Positions 50,937 to 64,000 of a DNA stretch of 64,000 nucleotides are shown here, piece by piece. Under the pieces are notes generated by a model that saw nothing but the letters and a program-made list of their open reading frames with translations, had not been told where the DNA came from and searched no databases. This DNA comes from Antedon mediterranea (lineage: Eukaryota; Animalia; Echinodermata), in the NCBI RefSeq assembly GCF_964355755.1, contig NC_092678.1, positions 8,324,422-8,388,421 on the forward strand, in the 5' to 3' direction. The translations under genes and the position numbers were made by a program. Position 1 is the first letter of the stretch, and every line of letters begins with the position of its first letter.

Positions 50937-52409
50937 GTACGAGATTTGCAGAAAAAGAACGACAGCCAAATATAACAATGCCTATAGTGAGTAACTCTTG
51001 TGGATGTAATAAGGTAATTTGTTGAGTGAGTTTTTAGAGTTGGAGGAGGAGATTACTTTTGTACAAACTTGTTGCATACATAGTGTCAGTCATTTCAGGA
51101 TTGAGATGAGGTACTGTGAAAATAATGATGCATTCTGTGCCAAAAGTTATTTTGTACTACTGTTCACACAACTTTATTGGGGTTGTGGTGATGAGCCATT
51201 TCAAATGTGAAATTAACGTTTACACAGTAAAGGAAGTTGTGTAATTTTAACATGACTTAAAAGATATGCAATTCAGAATTGGGATTTACTAACATCTTAT
51301 CAAGTGTTACATTTCGTGGAATTTTTTGATGATTATTGGAGTTCAATTGAGTGATGACATGATAACCGACTTTAATGTAAGCATAAACATCAATCACAAT
51401 CATGTTCGATTTGTCAATTCTCAACATCAGACGTCACCGTTGTGAGTGCAAAGGTCAAGTTAAAAAGCTCTCAGGTCAATAGAGTAACTTTCACATTGAC
51501 TGAATTTGTTTTGTGTACGTTCTTTGTAACTTCCGCTTGTGATGTTCATTCGTAAACTGAAAGTTGCCATACAGTGTGTGATGTATGATCTGTCTTGGTT
51601 CCAAAACGCGACACTGGATCTCACTGGATTCTTCAATAGTCATTAACATTTCGTTTTCTTTTGGATCAATCACTCAGTTTCCAGTTAAGCTGGAGGATGA
51701 TACTAAATACTTAAAACATTAATTTTTACTGTAAAAGTCTGGTGACAAAATGTTGACAATCTTAGTGTTTTCAGCATTATTTGTATGGTTAGAAATGTCT
51801 TCAATTTTACTGAGTAGATGCCTATATAAGAAGAAAAGCTGCTGTATTTTTTCATAATATCCGAAGATGATTTGTTTCTTTGGATTGGTTTTGAAGTTTC
51901 CTCTTCCTCGCACAAATGTGTACCGATTTGATGCTTGCATCACAAGAAATACATTATTATTTTCATTACAGTATTTCCAATAATATTTTTATTTACTATT
52001 TTCAAATTGTTGTTTTAGTATCTCTCATACTATGACATAATACATTTTTCATACTAATTCTCGTCATACAAATTGTTGTTAATTCAGTCTGGCTCATTCA
52101 TTCCTTTGTTTAGAATAGAATACATTGTTGAATGGAAAATTAGTACGGTATAGTTTATGTTTAGAACTTTTCATAATCATCAGTGTCAAATCGTCAATTG
52201 TTCCGTTTCATATGTAAACGTCATTTATAGGAAAGGACCTTCTAAATACACAGGCCTTGGATCCAACTTAACCAGTGGGTTTTAGATTACACTATAAAAT
52301 ATAAATTTTTTACTGTACAAATTGTAAGAAAACATCTCCTGTAGCACATTAATGTGCTTTTAAAGTACTATATATCACCTAAATACTGTAGGTCAATATA
52401 TCACCTTAA

Positions 52410-52530
52410 TATGGCGTTATGTTGCCCTAAATTATGAGGTATATTCAGAGCGTCATTTCGACGATCGAGCATTCTCTAAATGACGCTCTGAATATACCTC
52501 AAATTATGGGCGATATACAATGCCCTAATT
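52410..52530. repeat. Palindrome or short MITE remnant
   Basis: TGAGGTATATTCAGAGCGTCATTT ... AAATGACGCTCTGAATATACCTCA form perfect 24-bp arms. Confidence 0.8.
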
Positions 52531-53036
52531 GAATACTGTATAACAGACTAATATGACGTTATAAAATGTAGCGCTCTATACATTGTTATATATACTGTAG
52601 TTCAAAATTGCTGTCCATTCATGCATGTTTACACTCTTTCAAAGAGATTTAATAATGAATGCACATTCTGTTTTGGTAATTTCTGTAAGTCTACATGTTT
52701 TTAAAAATAATATTTGTAATAAAAACACTAACTACAGTATTTAAGTTGGAGAATGTTTATTTCTTGCACAATACAAAAGTATATAAAACGGCTCTCCCTA
52801 TTATTACCTAAATATCAGGATATCTATAGTTATTATAATTTCTGATCGTTTTTAAAGGCAACTTTAAACTTTAAATGATTTCATTCATTATGAATTTGAA
52901 TAAACACGCCCCAAATAATTTAACCAATCACGACTTGAGGGATCATTCGAACTGTCTTATTGGTCAACTCACTTGCGTTTTCCTTACATCGTTGCATTGT
53001 GGGAATCAAGCTTTACTGAGATTAACACTGTATTGA

Positions 53037-53836
53037 ACAAGGCCAACAGCCATTAAGTCGCGTGCTACAATGCATAGTGATACCGGACCGACAGACAAAC
53101 AGACCGACAGACAGACGGACCGACCGACATAGTGAACTATACTGACCGAAATTACTGAACATGTTTAAAAATGTTGAAATGTTTAAAAACATTTATATTT
53201 TTTTAATTTACACGTGCGTAGCCTGTCACTTTTGACGTGCTCGTATAACGTAATTTAGAGTTGAAAAGTAAGTCAAGAAAACAGAAATCGGGCAAAAAGA
53301 GTGCGCAATAACATTTAACGCGCAGTGCGCGCGCAAAAATCTGCGCACTCATGGCAATTTTGTAAACGCTTAAAATTGCCTGAAACGTACTCTTATTTCA
53401 TCGAAAATAAATTTTGAAAAGTTTAAGCGCGCGTACGCATGCGTTACATGCGCTACGCACGTAATTGTATTGCCATATGATGATTTATGCCTGAAATTTA
53501 TGAGTACCAAATTTTATTTAATTGTGATTCATGGTTGTGAAGATATGATTACAAACGTGATTTCGTTAAATCGTGCGTAGACCGCGTAATTTTTTATTGC
53601 GCACCGTGAAAACATAACCACACCGATTCCTGGCCATAAGGAATATTCTGTAAAAAATTGACTTAGCTAGATTAAACTGATATCAAGATAAGGTCATAAA
53701 GCGATAAAACGCATAGTGATACCGGACCGACAGACAGACAGACAGACAGACAGACCGACAGACAGACCGACAGACAGACAGACAGACCGACCGACCGACA
53801 TAGTGAACTATAGAGTCGCTTCCACGCTACTAAAAA
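53037..53836 (-). mobile_element. DINE-1/HINE-like element(s) with (GTCY)n microsatellite, family C
   Basis: Minus-strand head TTTTTAGTAGCGTGGAAGCGACTCTATAG, (GTCG/GTCT)n tracts twice, then 3' subTIR CACGCGACT with a small GGCTGTTGGCC hairpin. Confidence 0.65.
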
Positions 53837-53872
53837 TTAAACAACAATATTTATTATTAACAGGGAGACTAA

Positions 53873-54722
53873 GGGCCTGTTTCTATTGAAAAATAAAAAA
53901 AGAACGGTTTTTTGGAAACCGGTTTCGGCTGTTGTTTATAAATAAAGATCGCGTTGCAGCTCAATTTTTACTCCAATAAAACCGGTTCCGTCCATGTGCG
54001 TTCGTTATGAATGACGTCATTATATACACCACAATGCAGTTCATTAGGCGGAAGCGCGATTTGATCGAGGTCATGTTTACTTTTTTTCGCATAGCGCGAT
54101 CCCCAAGAAATAGCATCCATTTCATCATAGAAGGGAGAATTATTACCTGAAACGTTATTGTGGTCCTTGGTTAAAGTATAGGTACGTCGCACCCTCTGAT
54201 ATTGTCAAGTTGAACTCGTCTATTTTTCACACGCTTTACAATTTTCTTAAAAACATGTAGGCCTATAATACGTGAGTCTTTCTTCCGACTCCCGACAAGT
54301 CCCCTCATCTTCTTTCCTTCACATATTTTTTACGAACCTCGTAATGGCATCGGTCAACATTTTTTAGTTAAATAAAATACTCACTATCTAGAGAAATAAA
54401 AATGACTTAGGCCTAGGTCCTATCGCGCGAGTTTGACTGCGAGTTGACCGCAATCATCCCAGTGCAGCAGACTGCAGAGTTCAGTTTTTGGGGTCAAATT
54501 GAGACCGCGATTGTGTTGCAGCTAAAAATTGCTTCGCGGAAACCGATTTCAGAACGGTTCTTTGCGATCGAGACCGCAATCAATTGGGGTTTTTGAAACC
54601 GTTTTTAAGATCGGTTCTTTTTTGTGGTTTTTTGTGGGGACCCATTTCTGCTGGCAAGAAAAAACGGTTCTTGAAAAGAACGGTATTCAAAACCGTATTC
54701 TCTGCTCTATAGAAACAGGCCC
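53873..54722 (-). mobile_element. PIF/Harbinger deletion derivative with Myb/SANT-like remnant
   Basis: TIR GGGCCTGTTTCTAT with flanks TAA/TAT. The minus-strand remnant Y...KDHNNVSGNNSPFYDEMDAI resembles the trihelix/MADF protein of Harbingers. Confidence 0.65.
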
Positions 54723-55579
54723 TATATGTATTACCCAATTACTAATAAAATACAAATTTGTTTGTTTAAACTTTGTTATTTTTACTTTCTGTGTCACAAG
54801 ATTCGATGTTTAACTACTCAGAGATTTAGTATGTTTTGATGTTTAAACAAAGAATTGAGGGAAGTTTCTGGACTAAACATTATATTGTAACAACAAATTA
54901 GTAAATGTATTTAAACAAATAACTGACTAATGTAACTAAAATACCATGTAAATTTAAAGAATAAATAAGGATAAATTTAAAATACATATAGGCCTAACAC
55001 AAATTCTTTAATAGGCATCAAAACTTAAGTTTTAAAAATACCGTATTTTTACCTTCTGCATAAAGTCTCCTAAATTTTTGAGAAATACAAATAAAGAACA
55101 ATATTAATTATAGGTTACGTACAATATCACATTTTACAATTGTTTAAAATACTAGATTTGCTACTGTTCAAGTAAATTATTTTTAGTAGTCTGGCAGACT
55201 TCATTTTGACTGAAGCATATATCACTCAAACATTTGGTTTGGTGCATCCTGTTCACACAATGTACTGTATTGATCTCTCTCAATGTTTATATAGCCAAAT
55301 TCATGCCATATTTAATCTCATGAATTATTCATGATTTCTTCCTTAAAAAATTATGTGACCTGAACCTCTATTTCAAAATCCTGGATCCGCCACTGTTTAT
55401 TTTGTAGGTAGACTGACCGTATAGTATGCTACTGTTTGTGAACAATGCTAACCAAAAATATGCACCATTAAGATAACCATGTTGTCCGTATCGCCAAACG
55501 CTCCACAGTTTGCTTTGCATATCGATGTAAAATAGTACACATTTTTCATATCCAATTGTCTCTACTTAACGTTTTTTTT

Positions 55580-58500
55580 TCAAATATCTTGTTCTACATC
55601 GCCATTGCTTGATTTTGAACCTGCAAATAAAGAACATTTTGTTTTTAAATTTTAAATTCTAAATTCGTAGAATATAACAGTTGACACTGATGTCACATGT
55701 CACCAAAGTCACATTTGACATAGTCACATGAAACCAAATTTACATTTGACACCAAAGTCACATTTGGTATCAATATCACATGACCCCCAAAATCACATTT
55801 GACACTGAAGTCACATTTGATTTCAATATCACATGACTCCAAAATCACATTTGAGACTGAAGTCACATTTGATATCAATATCACATGACCCGTAAAATCA
55901 CATTTGACACCAAAGTCACATTTGATATCAATATCACATGACCCCCAAAATCAATTTTGACACCAAAGTCACATTTGATATCAATATCACATGACTCCAA
56001 AATCACATTTGACACTGAAGTCACATTTTTCACTAAATACATATTTGACACCAAAGTTACATAACACCAATGTCTCGTTTGACATGAAAGTCACATTTTA
56101 CACAAAATTGTGACATTTGACACAAAGAAGTCACAATGTTGACACTGAAGTCACATTTTTGACACACAAGTCACATTTCGAAGTCAAATTTTTGACACAC
56201 ACAAGTCAAATTTTTGACATTGAAGTCACATTTTTGACACCGAAGTCACATGACAGCGAAGTCAACTCACAGTTGATCTTTGTAAGTTTGTAAGTAAATT
56301 ATTACTATTAGTAATGCATTAAATTTCTTCCAGAGCACTAGGCCAAAGACTTAGGTTTACCGTACCTTTACGTGAACGGCGACTGATCCCCTTGAATGTT
56401 GGCAGGAAAGGCATGTATGAGAACACTTTGTGCTTTTCAAGAAAGCCCATGATTAGTGGAATATCGTAACAGTTAGATTCGTCAACGGTAACCTCGTCGT
56501 CAGCATCGGAACCACTTTGTTTTCGCCAGGCTTTAATCCCTCGCTCTTCCACAGTCCCTATCATAAATAGTATGTTCAAACATTAGCTCATAATATAAGG
56601 CATACAGTGTTTCGATTTGCGACGACTAGCGCGTCATTTTTCCAAGTCGTGGATCAGATTGTAGTTGATAAATAATAATATATATATAATATTACAAAAT
56701 ATATCGAAGCATTTACTATTTCCTTTAATATACTTAAAGTTGATTGTTGTACTATCTGGTCAAATGATTAACCAATTGAGGTAATTGTACTGGATTGTTT
56801 TTCCGCAAATTACGCAAATCTGACCAATAAACCTAAAGTTGAATTCGTACCTGGTACCGTGTTATCCAATAGAAAGCCAATGAAACCACCTACGAACATA
56901 CTTGTTTTTAGAAGGACCGTTATTATCTGGTCGATTTCTAGAACACCTAAATAAAAAAGAAACGTAATGTTCGGAAAATTGTCAATCGGAAAAAGAATCT
57001 CAATTAAGAAAAGGCTCTTAAATGTATTATTTCTTAATCCGAGTCTTTCCGAACACCGTCAATACCAAAGAGTGATGTGCTGTTCATAACAAACAACAAA
57101 AACACTGTATCGCTCTTGGACACACCACATCGCTCTTGGATAACACCACATTGCTCTCGGACACACCACATCGCTCTTGGATAACACCACATTGCTCTCG
57201 GACACACCACATCGCTCTTGGATAACACCACATTGCTCTCGGACACACCACATCGCTCTTGGATACACCACATCGCTCTTGGATACACCACATCGCTCCC
57301 GGATACACCACATTGCTCTTGGACACACCACATTGCTCTTGGACACACCACATCGCTCCCGGATACACCACATTGCTCTTGGACACACCACATTGCTCCC
57401 GGATACACCACATCGCTCTTGGACACACCATATCGCTCTCGGACACACCACATCGCTCTTGGACACACCGTATCGCTCTTTAACATACCGTATCGGTCTT
57501 TAACACAACACATTGCTCGCGGACACACCACCTCGCTCTTGGATACACCACCACATCGCTCTCGGATACACCATATCGCTCTCGGACACACCACATCGCT
57601 CTTGGACACACCACATTGCTCTTGGACACACCGTATCGCTCTTTAACATACCGTATCGGTCTTTGACACAACACATTGCTCGCGGACACACCACCTCGCT
57701 CTTGGATACACCACATTGCTCGCGGACACACCACCTCGCTCTCTAACACACCATATCGTTCGTTGACGACACAACAAATCTATCATAGAATTATTCTTCG
57801 AGTAAATCATGGGCCTATTTCAGATGATTGTGTGAGGTTGGAGATGGCAACAGTGGATAGGTCAATAACTGTCGTAGGACTCGTTGGCTATAGCGTGTTT
57901 GTTGTACGTTCATTTACCTGTATCTATTGCGCCTGGGTGACTCTCTAACCAAGAAGGTACAGCTAGACCCATCAGAAAAGCAAAACCAACAATGAAAATG
58001 TTCCTCGATGAATTCAAGTTAACGAATTGAAGGTTTGACAAACCTACACCGGTAACCATGCCTAAACAAACGAGTTCAATATTAAATATTTATTACTCCC
58101 GTATTATTTTATAGTAATATGCATAATGTTTAGAGTAATGAAATTACATGTTCCTTCTATTTATATTAACACAGTAAAGGTCTATTGTACACAATACAAG
58201 CGGAACAAATATAATGTTAATACAGTATCTGGGAAAAGTAAATACCCTTCCCTGGTTAATATTAAATAAAGCGTCGACATGAACACTGTTTAGAAGTACG
58301 CAAGTTAAGATATTATTATTATTATTATTATTATTATTTATTGCCAAAAACCAGTTACAAACATACAAAAACACAGAAACTAAGGGAGTAGGCAGGAACC
58401 TAAAAGTGAACCTAATCACTATAACAAGAGTTCAGGTTCCGTACTCCCAAAGTAACAACAATGATATAAAATAAACTATATAAAAATATAACAAATAGAC

Positions 58501-61500
58501 GAATCAACAGTGTCAATATAAAACTGCTGTTACACCATTAATTTCAGTTGATCCTCACAATTAAAATTCATTGTTAGGCCTAAAATAATTAGTTTTAAAA
58601 TTAACTAAATATGCCTACAAATCAAATTACATACCAAACATAATGCAGAATACACCGCCGACTACCGGATCAGGCAAAGCAACAAATATTGCACCAAATT
58701 TTCCAAATGTACCCATAAATAACATTATACACGCGGCAATCTGCACTACAAAGCGACTTCCCACCTTTAAGCAGAGAAAAAAAAAATAATGTAAATATGT
58801 GGGATTAACCTGTTCCGCGGCGCGGCCTATCTGACGCACAGACGACGTTACGCGGCGCTAATTCGTTGGAGTGGACCAGTACACCAGGGTAACCCCTACT
58901 CATCCGAGAAGACTTGTTTTACCACCTTGAACACGTGCCGTTTGTTTTACCTTACGGAACCACATGTCATGACCAATCACGACGCGATGGATCATCAGAA
59001 CTGTCACTTATGATTGGTCAACTTAGGCATTATGTGCGTTGTGTCTACGTCGTCGCTGCAATGCGTACGATTGGGAACCAATTTTCTTTATAAATCCGAA
59101 ACAACGTGAAATATGTGAACGCCCCAGATTGTCCTCTTTCCTACGACGAATATTAGGTAGTAGTGTATTGTTATGGGCATTATCATAATCCCCTCCCCGA
59201 GTGTAGCATTACGAGGATACAAAGGTAACATACACACGTCTTCCAGTAATGTGCGTTTTGATGAACAGTAATCTTGTTTATTGAAATCGCAACGATATCA
59301 TAGCCAAACGAGAATAAGTTATTAATTTGTTAGAGATGTGGCATTTTGTTGTTTTGAAACTATGCATGTATTGATTTTCGAAAATATATATCTAATATTT
59401 GCTTTAATATAAGAGGAAGTAGGAGCAGTATAAGGGTGATCGCATAAGTTTGTATTTGTGATTAGAATTTGCTTTTATAAACACGATTGCTCTAAAGCTC
59501 GGTTCCCACTTGCGGCGCAATTAGGAGGAAGTATCCAAGTTCCAACTTTGTTTTAATATAATAAGTTAATTTCTAACTTAAATGTTGCAATGATTGTGAT
59601 ATGATACTCTGTATACAATATGTATATAATATACAATTAAAATTAGCATTATCCATGCCAACTTTATGAAGGTTACTTGAACCAGTACCAGTATAACGCA
59701 ATGACAGTTTGGATGATCCGTCGCGTAGAGTGATTGATCAAATTACTTGCGTTGCGCGTACGTCCTTGTGTTGCGTCCTAGTGGGAACCAAGCTTACCAA
59801 CCAAACCGTAAGTGGAACCCTTTCCCTATTTCTGCACACAAGGATGTCATCTTACTTCTGTGATTGCTTATCTAGATTTACTGAACTAGTCAAAAGCCTA
59901 CCTTCGTTATACCTATTGCTCCAATATTTTCACTGTAAGAGGTAGTTCCATTTCCAGAGCCCCATGCTCCAGCAAGAATACATCCGATGCCCTCAATCCC
60001 GATACCGCGATTGACGGCATGAGAGGGGGGAGGAGGAGCGCCAGACAGTCGAGCACAAGCAAAATAATCACCAAGGGATTCCACCATAGAAGCTATTACT
60101 CCCGCTAACATTCCAAATACGCCGGCTACCGTGACACTGGGTGTACCCCATTGTCCTACAAGATTGGTATTTTTTAAATAAATAATTATGAATACTGAAA
60201 TATATAAAAACACTATAAAGACATAAATTTTAAGTTAACAAAACGTTGTGAACGTAAAACAAGTTAAAGCAAATTGACTTGGAAAATAGCAGAAACTCGA
60301 TAGAATCAGGGACTTCCCCGATAAAATGTCAACTACTGTTTACTCTACGAGGTGTCATTTGGATAACTAGCAATGTCCTGAACGGTGACTCGTATACTCG
60401 CAACAACTAATTATAAGTTATACTTCACTTCCCACGCCCCAGGATAGTGTGTGGTTAGGCATATTAACTATTATAATGTACGTTCAAACCTGGATAGGGG
60501 AATCTGAACCAGGCTGACTGTCCGACAACTTCAATACGAGCGTCTGTTCTGGCTCCAGAACCCTCTGGAAAAACATCAGTCGCCGTCAAAATGAAGGAGA
60601 ACAACCAGGCTAGGCTGATTCCGAGAATAACCTGATTAAATATACAAGAAAAGTGTATCAAATACAATTAGGTAGATAGCCATCTTTCAACTCATGACAA
60701 TAGTGTACCCATTCCACTCCTCCTGCTGGACAATCTACGTCTTTAAGTTCCTGGCACTAAAATGAAGACAGTGCGTTTTCTGCCCATGGTCCTAACTATG
60801 GATATCACCCTCTTTTAGTTTTCTTTTGTTTGTATTTTTGATTGTATTATGTCTTCTGGAAAATAAATGAATTGAATTGAATTTGTAATTCGCCAGGTTC
60901 ACCTCCTCAATGATTCAGATTTTTATATTGTAACTTACCGGAAATAATTTAAAAATTGGATATTTCTTCACTCCACACTTTTTATCGGATGATGAATAAC
61001 TTAAACATGGTACATCAATGCCATAAATATATTGAGAAAATAAGATTATCAAGGCCATTGTTCTATAGGAAAAAACAAAAATCATGATATCAAACAACAG
61101 TACAGTGAAGAACTCCTCGTTTGGTACATCCCTGTTCAGGGGACACTTTCCCGTAAAGCGAGCTAGGGCAACACTCTGAGACCAATCCCATTCACAGAAT
61201 ACCCTATTAGAGGACATTAAAGAAATATGTGCTGCATATGCATAAAAATAAACAGATAAAGTTCTTGTTTCTGCCTCAAAATAAAATATTTATTGTACTA
61301 TAAGGGGATCGAACACTTTACTGTATAGTAATGCAGTGGTGTCTGGTATTGTCTAATTTTCACCCGGAAATGATAAACAATAAACGCCGACTGTTTTGTT
61401 GTAGAAGACAGGTAAGTAGGCCTACCCGACCACCTATCGTGAAAGTCCGACCGTCAAAAAGCAGAACTAACCATTCATAAAATAGGACCCATTTTCACAG

Positions 61501-61959
61501 TGAATTTCCAAAATAGATAATAATAGGGTAGTAATTTCTATTTTTTTATGCATAATTATGTGGATTATTATAATCAAACTGTCAATAATATACTAAAATG
61601 TGTATATTATTTTTATATAGGTAGGCAGCGCCTTCAAACATTTTTCAACATTGTTAGGCCTACAAGCTTAAAAGCTTGCCTAACAAAAAATCCCATATAG
61701 AGCATTCGAAAAGTAAATTGAGATCCACACGTGACAAAACCGAAACAAAACGCAAGTATAACAAAGTACAAACTTACAGAAAGGAGATACCCCAATGAAC
61801 GCCTGCTTTATCAGCTGCAGCTCCAAACAGTGAAAGGCCAATCAATGCAATAGTTGGAGCAATTGCCAGAGGTCCAATGAAGTGTAAAATAACTCCCATG
61901 ATGCCACTGAAACCTATCAGAACTTGGAAAACTGAAGCGACCATTATGGCTCCTTGGAT
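55580..61959 (-). CDS. SLC23-family nucleobase/ascorbate transporter, 3' exons only (5' exons beyond window)
   Basis: Exons 61959-61778, 61062-60939, 60631-60490, 60155-59902, 58764-58635, 58061-57918, 56946-56851, 56557-56366 and a probable last exon 55620-55580. NAT motifs include [49 protein letters not shown] and [13 protein letters not shown]. The last exon is less certain because read-through to the stop at 56319 is possible. Confidence 0.9.
55681..56270. repeat. Degenerate ~18-bp minisatellite (GTCACATTTGACACCAAA) with ~53-bp higher-order period
   Basis: TCACATTTGA / TCACATGA motifs recur throughout. Confidence 0.9.
57103..57760. repeat. 20/21-bp minisatellite (CACACCACATCGCTCTTGGA)n
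   Basis: Tandem copies lie in an SLC23 intron and account for the overlapping spurious ORFs. Confidence 0.95.
59496..59794. mobile_element. Harbinger-like MITE, same family as 24002-24161
   Basis: Termini AGCTCGGTTCCCACT ... AGTGGGAACCAAGCT. Confidence 0.6.
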
Positions 61960-63099
61960 CTATGGATTGGAAAAACGTACAATTAAAGAATAGTTGTTAA
62001 GTTAAAAACAATATTTTATGTCAACGGTTCAGGAACCAGTTAGGTATAACGGGGAAATTGTCGCGCGAGAACTTGGAGGCCCACCGGGCTTCGTCATCGC
62101 TCGAGCAAAAATGTTTTATGAACCACATTATTAATATGTCTGACCGCCTATGTGTATATGATCGCTAAATTATCAGAGGCCATATTTTTGCAAGCTCAAG
62201 TTGTTTTGTGGACAATTAAGTTGTATGTTTTTCGGTAAATATCTAGCTGTTAAATTGAAAAACACATTAAGAGCCATTGTCTGTAAAAATCAAAGATTTG
62301 GTGGCAGATGTAAAAAAATGGATTTCTCTCAAATTTTTACCATGAATAGACATTTCAATAAAAAGCATATCTACAACATTCATTTTAATTTTTAGCCTCC
62401 GTTGCCATGACAACGGTCAATTATCCAAATTTTGATGTTTTTGCCGTTTTTCACAGATTTTCTATAGTGAAAAAGTACAAACTTGTATACTTATTTTAAC
62501 CAAAAATACTTACAGTATACAGTTTTTGTTTATACCAGTGTAAACAACATGTATTGAGTTCCATTTAATATAGAAAAAAAAAAAATTACAAAATGGAGTT
62601 GGTTGATACCATTATTTTAAAAAGGGGTGTTTTTAAAAAATATTTTTTTTATAAAAGTATACCTCATAAACGTACCTATAACTTCCAAAGTGGTGTTTTT
62701 AAATCAATGAGGTTTTTTAATTTGATAGTCAATAGGTTTGTCAACAATAATCACGAAAAAAACACTGGGGTAAATTTCGTACATAGGTTTTGTGTTGCCA
62801 GGAAAATACGAAAAATGCAAAAAATATAACAAAATATCAACAAACAAAACACATGAAACACAATTTAAATATGGCTAATCCAATAATAAAATGTATATAT
62901 GGCTTTTCATAATGCTACTAGAGTCATACGAATAGTTTAGATAAAATAGGAGAATGTGTTGCCAGGTTTATTTCAATTAATTGCCAGAAAAACAGTATTT
63001 TGCATTGAAATATTTAGTTGATGGAAAATAATGTTAAACTTGGAAATAATTGAGTCAATGGTTTTTATAAATTTTTAAATCTATTTTGTGTAAAGAGAT

Positions 63100-64000
63100 A
63101 CAGAAAGACCTCCCAAAAAATCTGACCTTGTAAATAGGTCATTTGAGGTCAAAAGGGGTCAGAATGCAAAATAGGACAGGTCCCCACTTTACTACAACTA
63201 TTAATATTTGATCAAAATTTACAAGATAGTTCATAACAATTCTCAACAATTTTCATATTTTACCTATAGTGTTACCTTAGCAACCATTTCTATGTGTAAC
63301 TAAGGAAAGTAATTTTTAAAAAAACGTAAAAAATTGCGTTTTTATAAATACAAAGAATTGATTGCATTTGTACATGTTTCTCAATTTTACTTCTACTGCA
63401 TTCCATTAATGACAAACTTGACCTTGTAAATTCATTCATTTTGAGGTCAACATTTTACCATAGTAACTGTTTCTATGCGAAAATTTAAAAAAAATAAGGG
63501 GTTTTTCATAAATAAAAAACATTTTTTCTACATAGTTTTACATTTCTACTTTTTGCCAAATTTACTTTAAATACTGAATCCTAATAATCTCAGAAAGAAA
63601 GTCTTGACGAATCTGAATAAAGGTTAAAAAAAATTACCTTTAGTGTTATCTTAAACCTGTTTACGTAACAAATGATATTAAAAAAAAAATTAAATATGGA
63701 GTTTCATGAAAAAAAAAAAATTTTACATATTGAGGTCAAATGACATCAACATTTTACCTATAGTGTATTGTAGCAACTGTTTCTATACGTAACTAAGTAC
63801 AATATTTTTAATATGGGGTTTCATGACTACAAACAATTGATTACATAGCTTTACTACCTTTTCCCAAATTTACTTATCTACTGAATCCCAGAAAATGTCT
63901 GACCTTGTGAAAGGGTCATTTTTTGGGTCAAGTTATGTCAAAATGTATTATTTATGTTATCTTAGAACCTGTTTCTATGCGTAACTAAGGATAATTGTTT
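63100..64000. repeat. Degenerate ~250-300-bp repeats with TGACCTTG/TGAGGTCAA motifs, probably transposon subterminal DNA
   Basis: GACCTTGTAAA, TGAGGTCAA, TTTTACCTATAGTG and TTTCTATGCG recur several times. Confidence 0.5.

Noticed and set aside
51491-51943. Short minus-strand ORFs downstream of LSM8
   Set aside because: No recognisable domain or splice structure was found, and a SINE tail fragment interrupts the region.
57034-57948. Many overlapping Cys/His-rich ORFs
   Set aside because: They are artefacts of the 20-bp minisatellite in an SLC23 intron.

Overview
AT-rich, intron-containing animal genomic DNA, probably an invertebrate deuterostome such as an echinoderm (inferred from gene structure, a Deu-domain-like SINE and pervasive TAGGCCTA motifs). 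Host genes are two tandem caveolins (+), a single-exon RING/B-box/coiled-coil/TM TRIM-like gene (-), MFSD3 (+), MRPL2 (-) head-to-head with LSM8 (+), and the 3' part of an SLC23 nucleobase/ascorbate transporter (-). The ~19.6 kb first intron of LSM8 is a U12 (minor spliceosome) intron and holds the two most striking observations. (1) An intact, apparently catalytically altered, TIR-less Merlin/IS1595-type transposase ORF has a U12-like branch point and in-frame acceptors, which suggests an alternative terminal exon spliced to LSM8 exon 1. (2) A 13.3 kb array of Helentron/DINE-like elements is best explained as nested self-insertion, with stacked 5' heads closed in reverse order by matching 3' ends. 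Also present are a P-superfamily non-autonomous element plus two P-like excision footprints with 7-bp TSDs, a decayed Academ element carrying a Rex1/Babar fragment, and Kolobok, MULE-like, Tc2/pogo and Harbinger-like MITEs. SINEs and minisatellites complete the window. All calls were made by eye; no searches were run.
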